Shown here piece after piece: positions 50,234-59,300 of a stretch of DNA of 64,000 bases (positions within the stretch are counted from its first letter, which is position 1; every line of letters begins with the position of its first letter). The notes below the pieces were generated by a model. It was not told the origin of the DNA, ran no database searches, and saw only the letters and a list, made by a program, of their open reading frames with translations. The DNA is from a virus. The stretch covers positions 30,591-94,590 of the IMG/VR virus record IMGVR_UViG_3300035050_000132; one strand, given 5' to 3'. Position numbers and translations under genes: made by a program.

Positions 50234-50728
50234 TTAAGTAAAAAAATAGTGCTGCCCAGTAAGAATATAATGAGGACATCCTGGAAAAGTACACTCATAA
50301 CCCCATTTGCTCCCTCTAGACGCAGTTTTCATGTAATACGTGACCCCTCCAACAGAATGATCCACTTTAGTTGGTAAAGACTCCCCTTCTGTAAGTCCAA
50401 GTAGTCGGGTAGTTTTAAAATCAGAACTTTGTGTAGAATATGGACATGGAGCATAAATATGACCAACCTTATCCAAACGCTTTTTATCAGCAGGAAGATT
50501 GCCATAATCCTTAGTACCAACCCTACGTTTCCATATCAACCATTTATCAAAAGGTACAAGTTTATTTTCAGCTGTCCAAACATTATACTCAGCAATCTCC
50601 GTATTCATAAGATCGATACAATCCTGAGCGCCTGATGGTACTGGACCTGTCACTATACTTACCTCTTGCCAAATTTCTTCAAGGGTAGTCCCGGAAACTG
50701 TTATACAATAGTCAATACATCTACTCAT
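50234..50728 (-). CDS. Hypothetical Cys/His protein (164 aa)
   Basis: HIYAPCPY and YECTFPGCPHY motifs suggest a metal site. Confidence 0.7.
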   Translation of the reverse strand: MSRCIDYCITVSGTTLEEIWQEVSIVTGPVPSGAQDCIDLMNTEIAEYNVWTAENKLVPFDKWLIWKRRVGTKDYGNLPADKKRLDKVGHIYAPCPYSTQSSDFKTTRLLGLTEGESLPTKVDHSVGGVTYYMKTASRGSKWGYECTFPGCPHYILTGQHYFFT

Positions 50729-51155
50729 TATTAAACCTATACCTTAAATGGTCCTCTTTTATTAAAATAGTTTTGTACACTAATGAATATTTATGTATAC
50801 TAAATTCATGGTCACTTGTATCTATAACAAAATAATCTGTAGATTTTAATTTAGGTACAGTATTTAGTTCTTCAGTATGAGTAAGATAACATTTATCAAG
50901 GAACACCTTATTCTCACTATCACTATAATTAACACCTAACCATTCGAATTTTATTACATAGACACCTTTAACCAGTGTTAAATATTGTGAATAAAGATCT
51001 AACATCATATGGTCTTTATCATTTATCTTTTGTGCTATTTGTAAAGCTGGTCCTGAAAAGTAAGCACCAACTAACTCACAACATCCCTCTTGGCTATAAA
51101 CAGCATCTTGCCAATGTATTTCTAATCTAAACTTCTCTGATATTAAATAACTCAT
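50721..51155 (-). CDS. Hypothetical protein (144 aa)
   Basis: Clean ORF overlapping the next gene start by 8 nt. Confidence 0.7.
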   Translation of the reverse strand: MSYLISEKFRLEIHWQDAVYSQEGCCELVGAYFSGPALQIAQKINDKDHMMLDLYSQYLTLVKGVYVIKFEWLGVNYSDSENKVFLDKCYLTHTEELNTVPKLKSTDYFVIDTSDHEFSIHKYSLVYKTILIKEDHLRYRFNNE

Positions 51156-51165
51156 AAATTAATCC

Positions 51166-51840
51166 TTAAATATAAATAGGTGTTAATGGGATTGACGCAC
51201 TACCTTCACCGTAATCAGCCACATCAGAAGAGCCGCCGCCTACCCTACTAACAATACCGTGTACAGTAGTAGTTGCTGTACCAGTAGCGCCGGCTGATAC
51301 ATTACCTGAACTTGACTGAGCAAAAGTACTATCAAATAAAATACCTGTTTTAGTAGGAGTGGTAGCATTTGTAGACTGCCCTTGTGTGATGCCTCTAGAC
51401 ACAAAAGTAGGTTCAACACCTCTAGCTGCAGCGTCCCCAGTTAAAATAGTAGTTGCTCCTATATACTTAATAAGAGACCAAGTCTCTTGTGCCGGAACAT
51501 CTTTAGATGCTTTAGAATAACTATAACTATTAACCTGCCAATTATCACCATCCACACCTTCAGAGCCCTCACAAGAACCGGCCTCTATTGTAAGGGACTC
51601 CCCACCCAAAGTAGTACAGTCTTCAGAAGGCGTTGTATCATACGTAGGGCCTGGAGCATACATAGTAAGGTTGGCTGTTAATTGTGGTTTATATACTAAA
51701 TGATTTGTACTAGGAAGCCAAGAACCTAAACAAAAGGCGTCTTGCCTGCCAGGGTCTGCACCCCAACTTGCTGATATAAAACAATAACTACCCATAAACT
51801 CCACATCAGTATTTGCCCCTATTACTACAACTGTTGCCAT
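51166..51840 (-). CDS. Putative tail/baseplate structural protein (224 aa)
   Basis: AGGAG RBS; S/T/G-rich beta protein. Loosely similar in layout to the 197 aa protein. Confidence 0.6.
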   Translation of the reverse strand: MATVVVIGANTDVEFMGSYCFISASWGADPGRQDAFCLGSWLPSTNHLVYKPQLTANLTMYAPGPTYDTTPSEDCTTLGGESLTIEAGSCEGSEGVDGDNWQVNSYSYSKASKDVPAQETWSLIKYIGATTILTGDAAARGVEPTFVSRGITQGQSTNATTPTKTGILFDSTFAQSSSGNVSAGATGTATTTVHGIVSRVGGGSSDVADYGEGSASIPLTPIYI

Positions 51841-51885
51841 AATAATCTCCTTTAATATTTCTATATAATTAGTAAGGTTACTTAA

Positions 51886-52113
51886 TTATTTGGGTTGTGT
51901 ACCCTTACATTCTAAATACGTCGTATAAGTACATTCATACCTAAACGAACATGCCTTACAAAATCTACGTTTAAAAACTTCTAACCGCGCTTGAATCTGT
52001 CTATCATTTAAACTACGAATATCCATACCACCTGACAAATTATAGTCCTCCGGCTTTATAGCTCTACTGTTAGGAGGGGTACGTCTCCGTTTTGAACAAG
52101 CACCACATGCCAT
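51886..52113 (-). CDS. Small zinc-finger-like protein (75 aa)
   Basis: ACGACSKRRR and FCKAC...EC...EC motifs; AGGAG RBS. Confidence 0.7.
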   Translation of the reverse strand: MACGACSKRRRTPPNSRAIKPEDYNLSGGMDIRSLNDRQIQARLEVFKRRFCKACSFRYECTYTTYLECKGTQPK

Positions 52114-52127
52114 TATAAAATCTCCTT

Positions 52128-52370
52128 TTATGAAGTTGCTACCAAAGTAACATTAGTAGAATACCAACCACCAGCACTTGAATGTTCTGATTTAGGAATT
52201 ATCTGTGTAGTATAATTCATAATAACACCATTAAAAGACACACCACCAGCAGAGAAGGAAGATTTAATGGAAGGATTGGGTGTGTCACTTATTATAGTAT
52301 AACTAATGGTAGCTATACCCATAATATTGTAAGTTATACTTTCTGCAGAACAATCAAAATATTGTGCCAT
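52128..52370 (-). CDS. Small hypothetical structural protein (80 aa)
   Basis: AGGAG RBS; fits the operon packing. Confidence 0.65.
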   Translation of the reverse strand: MAQYFDCSAESITYNIMGIATISYTIISDTPNPSIKSSFSAGGVSFNGVIMNYTTQIIPKSEHSSAGGWYSTNVTLVATS

Positions 52371-52374
52371 TAAT

Positions 52375-52647
52375 TTACTCCTTTTCTTCTATATAATTAG
52401 GACCCTGAGCCTCAGAAGCTCTATAAATTTTTTCTCCTGATGCAACAATACGTGTATAATTGGCCGAAACAAAACTACCTCCCTGACCTCTAAATTCACT
52501 AGAAGTTAGTACTGTTGTAGCACAAGTATCTGTCAGTAAATCTTGACCCTCAGCCATAAAAGAGTGTAAAACAAAATACCCAGCAGTAGATGTTGGCATA
52601 GGACTACCTGCACGTAGTCTATAAGAATATCCATTATAAGATGCCAT
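52375..52647 (-). CDS. Small hypothetical protein (90 aa)
   Basis: GGAGG RBS; fits the operon packing. Confidence 0.65.
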   Translation of the reverse strand: MASYNGYSYRLRAGSPMPTSTAGYFVLHSFMAEGQDLLTDTCATTVLTSSEFRGQGGSFVSANYTRIVASGEKIYRASEAQGPNYIEEKE

Positions 52648-52665
52648 TATAAAATCCTCCTTGTA

Positions 52666-53259
52666 TTAAGCATTATATGCAAATGTATACGAAGCAATAG
52701 GTATAGAACCAGGCACCAATTCAATATTAAATGTTTGTAAATAGTAACTACCGGTACCGACACCCATATTACCCATAGTGCATCCACTCTCGCTACTAGT
52801 GCTAAAACTTATAGGCCCTTTACTATAGCTCATACCTAAACCCTCTGTCTGCTCATTTATAGAAAAAAGTGTAGATGGACCAGATTGAGAGGACGCTGAT
52901 ACTGTTACTGTCTTGCTTGAAGATTCCTCACCCAAACTAACATAACTTGAGGCAGGATCTTGCATAAAAGACCTACCTGGACCCAGATAAATAAAAAGAG
53001 TAGTATCTTCTTCGCATAAATATTTTCTCATCCAAAGAATTTGCACACCGGCTCTAGCTGGACAACCTGTATAAATATTTGTATCTGCATAACCTGAAAT
53101 ATTTAATGTACCAATCCTAGGCCCTTCTGACATAGTACCACAACTATTATCAGTAAACTCTGTATTTATAGTATTATTTACCGAAACAATACAACCAGGG
53201 ATACTAAAACCTGTGTCACTAAAAAAATTACCTACTAAATGACAACATTCAGAAGCCAT
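52666..53259 (-). CDS. Putative baseplate/tail structural protein (197 aa)
   Basis: TAATG overlap with the upstream gene; beta-rich; located immediately after hub-like genes. Confidence 0.6.
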   Translation of the reverse strand: MASECCHLVGNFFSDTGFSIPGCIVSVNNTINTEFTDNSCGTMSEGPRIGTLNISGYADTNIYTGCPARAGVQILWMRKYLCEEDTTLFIYLGPGRSFMQDPASSYVSLGEESSSKTVTVSASSQSGPSTLFSINEQTEGLGMSYSKGPISFSTSSESGCTMGNMGVGTGSYYLQTFNIELVPGSIPIASYTFAYNA

Positions 53260-53666
53260 TATGTGCTCCCTTCCTCTGTTGTAGAATCATCCACATAACT
53301 AAAATAAGTACCATAAGCAGGACCACCTTGGGCAATAGACTCATGGCTATGTACCATAATTGGTTGGGATAAAATACGTACACGTTCCCCAGTATAAGCA
53401 TAGAACCATATAACATTAGTAGTAGCCAGTACTTGTTTATATTTTATAGCAACTTCATTAGGAAATTCGTTTTCATCGCCCAAACTACCAACATCCTCAG
53501 CCTCAACACAAAAACCTTTTTTTAATGTTCTATTATTACCAGATGCTAATGTGACAGTACCTTGCTTAGGTGTAAATCCCCCATCATTAGATAATGTAGT
53601 AGGTATTTTTAATTTGTAAGAAAAGCCAGCTTGGAAACTCATAGATAAATTAATTATATCAGACAT
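53259..53666 (-). CDS. Hypothetical baseplate protein (135 aa), possible spike-tip-like with HxH motif
   Basis: C-terminal VHSHESIAQGGPAYG; position directly after the hub-like genes. Confidence 0.45.
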   Translation of the reverse strand: MSDIINLSMSFQAGFSYKLKIPTTLSNDGGFTPKQGTVTLASGNNRTLKKGFCVEAEDVGSLGDENEFPNEVAIKYKQVLATTNVIWFYAYTGERVRILSQPIMVHSHESIAQGGPAYGTYFSYVDDSTTEEGST

Positions 53667-54255
53667 TGGCCTCTCCTCCTTCTACACCATCCGTAAATAT
53701 TGGACTAACTTCTATAGAACAACTTAATTGTGCAGGACTATTATACATACTCTGTGCTTCCACAGGAATGGGGGCTTTTGTTTTTTCCTGATTTTTTATA
53801 CTGTCACCTGATATAGTTTTTAAAACATCATGCTCAGACTCAAATTTCCCATCACGTAAACCTTCACGCTCAACACTATTTATAGTTACCCACGAGCTTT
53901 TTGAAGCTCTACATCTACGTGTATACTTCTTACCCTCTAATTTAGATAAAACATCTACACCACTTATATTAAGGATGACATATCCTGGATCGTCCCAACA
54001 AGGAGATACTGTTGATTTTTTAAGTATACCAGAATAAATATCTATCATAGTACCATTACCACCGGCACTTATATTCACAATACCTCCAACATTACTTCCT
54101 GAAATTTGATCATACTCCACCTTTAAAGAAGCATCAAAGGTAGATAATTGGCCCCTAGATTTACGTACATTAAAAGATTGAATAAATGGAGTTTCTACAG
54201 TAAGAGAATTACCAATATTAATTTTTGCTCGAATTTTAATTAAATCAATTGTCAT
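53659..54255 (-). CDS. Baseplate hub (gp27/GpD-like) N-terminal-domain protein
   Basis: IQSFNVRKSRGQLSTFDASL...VNISAG...IYSGILKK...YVILNISGVDVLSKL matches the GpD/gp27 hub pattern. Second gene after the TMP. Confidence 0.6.
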   Translation of the reverse strand: MTIDLIKIRAKINIGNSLTVETPFIQSFNVRKSRGQLSTFDASLKVEYDQISGSNVGGIVNISAGGNGTMIDIYSGILKKSTVSPCWDDPGYVILNISGVDVLSKLEGKKYTRRCRASKSSWVTINSVEREGLRDGKFESEHDVLKTISGDSIKNQEKTKAPIPVEAQSMYNSPAQLSCSIEVSPIFTDGVEGGEANV

Positions 54256-54258
54256 AAT

Positions 54259-56301
54259 TTATACCTCCACCGGGTTATTGTAAACAGAACAACTTACCAC
54301 ATCACCTTTTCTTATTATATTATGACAAGTATTGATGGCTATACGCTCACCAAATCCATCAATACGTACTTTAAAATGTATACCATTACCTAAATTCTGT
54401 ATAACTGTTCCACGGGCATTAACCGACTCAGTGGCTTTAACGGTAGGGCCTCCTATACCTCCAGCTGCCAGTGATTTTACTAATCTAGGCCCCTCATTTA
54501 CAGATATAGTATACGAACCCTGATCTGTATAAGAATAAGTTATATTGTTGATAACTCCACCAGCAGGGCCTCTTTCTCCCAACTCCACTCGCGTGTTGGG
54601 ACCACACACATAGTTAGTTTCTATACCTGTACCATGATTCATAAATTCAAATAAATTTTTAGATAAATCTTGAAGTTTACGATCATCTGTGTCAGGATCA
54701 TTTAGAAAAGATAGAGTTAGTTCTAAACCCCCACCACCATCCAACTGATCCATTACCAATTCTAATGGGGTGGCTTCAAAGTCCTGTTGAGTTGTAGGAT
54801 CATTGTCTTGAATACCCTCCTCTTGACTAATAATATCCCCATTAAAAGCTATAGTTGCTGGAGGTTCATATAAAACCAATGGACGTACCAAATATTCAAA
54901 ATCATTAGCTATATCTACAGCCTTTGAGGGCTCACCAGTAGTATTATATTCTGGATCATAGATATTGATAGAGGGGGTGTCTATATCGATCATGGCTATT
55001 ACTTGCTCCACTATATACCCCCTATTATTAGCAGCTGGAAAAATAGTGGCTATACCTTCCTCACCCTGCCTACTCGCCCCTGACTTCCCACCTTGACCGA
55101 TTACATAAGAGGTGCCTTGGCCATAAGTCAATGGGTCATTTTCCCTTGTATTTTTAGCAAAAAGTATATAAGGCTCTATATATTCACCAGATCTATCATA
55201 AACTATAACATAATCCCTACCAACATTTAATTTAAAAACATGTTTAGAACTACTATCTATTTCTATTACAGCAGTATAATCGTCTGGATTAGGCGGAATA
55301 GTTAATGCCTCTGCACCTTTATTAAAAGGAGCTGATTTACACAAAGATAATGGTGTACCTACTATAAAAACATCAACAACTCTTTGAAATTTATCCACTT
55401 TCGTATTTCTAATATCCTCATATCTTAAAGATTCTGGGATTGGAATAGGTATACCATTAGATATAGACAAACTTTGCTCTGCATTCGTCCAACAATCCTC
55501 ATCACCAAACGCTTGTTGTGATGCTGCATTTATATCGGGCCGTTCTTGTAGATTCCCTATATAAGGTCCGCCATCACCGTCACTTGAACACACAATAATT
55601 GCCACATTAGCCACATTATTATAACTAATACGAGTATCTTTAGTGTAACCAGGAGCATGTTGGTAAGTAGCATAACCCATAATTTTTTCAAAAGGATTTT
55701 CTAATTCATAAAGATTATTTATACCATCTTTATAAGCCGTGTTATTCAAGTTAGGATCATCAAAAACTATACTTGCATGAGTACTAAAAGCAGGATTTGA
55801 GCAATTACTTAAAAATAAACTATTATCATACACATGCTTACCACTAAGTCCCCAAATAGGGGCCCATTCAGTATCTACCCAAGTAGGTTGGGGCTTGCCA
55901 CCTCTAATTAATACACCCTTACACTCTTCAATATAAGAAGAAGTTTGTACTTGGTAATATATATCACTAAGTGAGGCATAATCGTTACCAACCTCAATAA
56001 ATTTAACACCGCCATCCGTATCAGCTATTACTTCATACATAGAACCATCTGAAATAGAACCAGCTTCAGCTAACCCCTCCAATAAGGATAAATTAATTAC
56101 TGACAAAGCGTCCATGTTTTTTATATCTAAACCATATAAATTACCACCTACATTTCCGAAAGATGAAACTTCTAAACCAAAGGTGTTTAACACATCCAAA
56201 GCCAAACTTCCTGTCGGTCCGGGGCAATCTATATCTATAAATATAGAACTATTACCATAATCTTCCCAAAAATCAGCAATAGAATCCGGTAGATAAGCCA
56301 T
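54259..56301 (-). CDS. Putative baseplate hub/tail-tip protein (680 aa)
   Basis: Directly follows the TMP. C-terminal G.I.NITYSYTDQGSYTISV (hub-like) and an OB-fold-like end (RGTVIQ...FKVRIDG...IIRKGDVV). Confidence 0.5.
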   Translation of the reverse strand: MAYLPDSIADFWEDYGNSSIFIDIDCPGPTGSLALDVLNTFGLEVSSFGNVGGNLYGLDIKNMDALSVINLSLLEGLAEAGSISDGSMYEVIADTDGGVKFIEVGNDYASLSDIYYQVQTSSYIEECKGVLIRGGKPQPTWVDTEWAPIWGLSGKHVYDNSLFLSNCSNPAFSTHASIVFDDPNLNNTAYKDGINNLYELENPFEKIMGYATYQHAPGYTKDTRISYNNVANVAIIVCSSDGDGGPYIGNLQERPDINAASQQAFGDEDCWTNAEQSLSISNGIPIPIPESLRYEDIRNTKVDKFQRVVDVFIVGTPLSLCKSAPFNKGAEALTIPPNPDDYTAVIEIDSSSKHVFKLNVGRDYVIVYDRSGEYIEPYILFAKNTRENDPLTYGQGTSYVIGQGGKSGASRQGEEGIATIFPAANNRGYIVEQVIAMIDIDTPSINIYDPEYNTTGEPSKAVDIANDFEYLVRPLVLYEPPATIAFNGDIISQEEGIQDNDPTTQQDFEATPLELVMDQLDGGGGLELTLSFLNDPDTDDRKLQDLSKNLFEFMNHGTGIETNYVCGPNTRVELGERGPAGGVINNITYSYTDQGSYTISVNEGPRLVKSLAAGGIGGPTVKATESVNARGTVIQNLGNGIHFKVRIDGFGERIAINTCHNIIRKGDVVSCSVYNNPVEV

Positions 56302-56317
56302 AAAATTAATTATCCTT

Positions 56318-59300
56318 TTACTTTAAATTTCTAAAATCTAACGCTTGTTTAGCAAGCCGAGCAGCCTCTAAAGCTGACATAGATACTCTACTAATTTGAG
56401 AGGTTACATTATCCGAAAGTGAGCTTACCGACACACCTAAATTAGTAAGATCCTCCTGTACTCCTGATAATTTAGATGCTAAACGTGCATCTATATCTTT
56501 AGATAATTTTGACTCTAAATTAACTTCCAATTCTTTAACTTCAGTTTCTATTTTAGTAGTAGTATTTATTAATCTTTTATCCATATTATCTATAGTAGTA
56601 GCTAGTAAATCCAATCTTTCAGCGCCTACTCCTTGACCCACCTGACCTGTCTCACCAGTAGAGGCCACCTCTATCTTTACAGAGGCGCTCTTAATAGCAT
56701 TGGTTATGGCTTGAGATATCTTAAAACCAGCCTCAGTAGCTGCAGCTGAAATATTTGACACGTCTACTTCTACCTTAGTACCTTCTTCAAGAGACAACTT
56801 CTTATCTTCAACTTTAAGCGTGATATCTTTTAAAGAAGTAGTATCCACCTGTACAAGTTTATCTTCTAATCTTAACTCAATCTTACTTAATTCACTTAAA
56901 AGTTCTCTTGAATCTATATTAACTGCTGGCAATTCTACTGATTTAGTGTCAACTTTAACAGGAGTTTTATCCACCTTAAGCACCACTGATCTTAATTCAG
57001 AAATAGCTTCACTGACATCCAATTCTATTTTAGGCACATTTAAAGATAAATTGGCAGAAGTATTTGTAAAATTAGTTGATGGTGTTGTAGTGGGTACATT
57101 ACCTAAAGATCCACCATCAGCAAATGTTGGAATGGAGCCTTTTTTATTCATATGATCTAAATTAGCGTAACCTATTTGCTGCGCAGAATCTGCTCTAACA
57201 ACAAACTCACCAGGACTTAAAAGAGCTGGGACTTTATCTTCTCTGGGCCCGCCAGGCCCTGATACATGACCACTTAAAGAAGGACTTCCACCAGCTGCAT
57301 AATTTTTTACCCAATCACTAAGGTTAAGTCCAGATTCCCAATCTGATTTTTTTCGGCTCTTATAAAAATTCTCAAGCATACTATTAACCATATCAGGAAC
57401 TGAAGTATTAACACCAAAATAATTAGAGTCGGTATCTTTTACAGTACCATACTCTTTTAATTTACCAAAAGCCCCACTATTACCAGTAGTATAGCGTTTA
57501 CTCACTGCGCTACCATGGTTTTGTTTATCAAACCAACTTTTAGAAAGCATTTCTGCTTCAATTGGTGCTTTAGTAACGGAACCTGCAGAAAGAGGCTTAC
57601 GTTTATACATATCAATATAAGCTTTATTACCGGCTTTTTCTATTAATTTTAAAAGAGATCTCTTTTCTGTAACTTGTTCATAAGCACTAATAGTCTTACC
57701 ACTAGGCAATTTGAACCCTATGGTCTCTTTACCATCTTCACTTTTTATAGGTTCTACGCCTTCAACGCCAGCCAAACTTTTTCTCACTAAACGATTTGGA
57801 ACTCTTTTAGTAGTTTCTTCCACAAGCCGTGGGTCAGTAAACGGATTCTCACCTTCACGCATAACTTCATCAAATTTACTATATGCCGACATAGCTTTGG
57901 ATTGAAAATCCAATTGTTTAATGTATTTTAATCTATCTTTCGGATCTAAATTTTCATCATGTAATTTTTCAAAAAGATTACCAATACGTTGATTAATAAA
58001 TTTAGCATCTTTGTAGTATTTTAAAGCTACAGAATCAACTGTGCCACGTTTGGGTACTTGACGCTTAAAATCCATACCAAATTCTTCTTGCGGTATTAAA
58101 TCTTTGTAAGTTTTAGTCCACATATTAGAATGAGGAATGGCTTTTTTAGATGGTTTTATATTAGTAGGACGATAAGCTTTATTAGCATATCTATAAGAGC
58201 TTTGCTCTATTACGCCAGCGGATACATCTCTACCACCAACATTAGTAGTAAACTTATGTACACCACGATAAGGATCGAAAGCGTAATCTCCATACTTCAT
58301 ACTTTCTTCAATACCAGCTATAGAACCTTTATCTTTGATGTGTTTGGCCAAATCTTTTTCCAAACCACGTCTGGTAGATAATATTTGTTCTGCATTAGTT
58401 TTAAACGCAGTATCACTCAACACAGCCTTCAACAAACGGTCATCAGCCTTAGATTTAGCATCAACCATAACATTGGATTGTGCTGCTGCTGCAGTGTCAT
58501 AACCCCATTTATGAGGTAAATGGTCCTTACCACGGCGCATATTATTATCACCACTGATAGAATTGTTTAAATAATCAGTAATATCCTGGGCACTCCAAGA
58601 TTTTTCATAAATCGGATTATTTATAGCGTCATCTATTCCTGAAATAGTACGTGATGGATCATATGATTTACCAGTAGTTTCAACTATTTCAGAAAGAATA
58701 TCACCACCAGGTCCAATGTTAGTAAATGATCTTACTTTTTTAGGGTCTACTTCTTCAGCGGCCCTACCTTCCCACTGTTCTTTTTTAAATTGGGCACTCT
58801 TTTTATTAAATTCTTCTAACCAAGAAGAAGTTTTTGAATTACCGGCTTCCCTTACTTTTCTGTGCTCTTCTTCGTAAATAGCTTTAGCCATATCAAGTCT
58901 TTTATTATCAAGATACCTCTCGGGGTCTAAAACATAACCACCAACTGCACCACCATTAGCAAATTTCATATCTGGAAATAAATTACTTACCATATCATCC
59001 CCCCAAGATGTGAGACGTGTGTCATATCCGTAAACCTCAGCAACAGCGTCTTCAGGTGACATATCAAACATGGTTGGGTTGTCTTTCCTATTTGGATCTG
59101 CCATAATCTTTTCAAATTTTGCACCAAAATCTGCAAACCTTTCTTTAGCTCTGGCTGGGTCCCCAACTTTCTTAGAAGATATATATGTACTTTCGAACAC
59201 ATCACCAGGTAATTTATCTAATACTGCGTTTATTTCAGTCATTTGTATTTTATTTTTACTAGCTCTATTAATACCGTGAGAAAGTTCATGTCCCAAAGTA

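Noticed and set aside
6079-59205. Short minus-strand alternative-frame ORFs (e.g. 10705-10935, 21540-21767, 29145-29444, 33945-34352, 58987-59205)
   Set aside because: They are fully nested in larger genes, with I/L/M-rich composition typical of off-frame AT-rich sequence.
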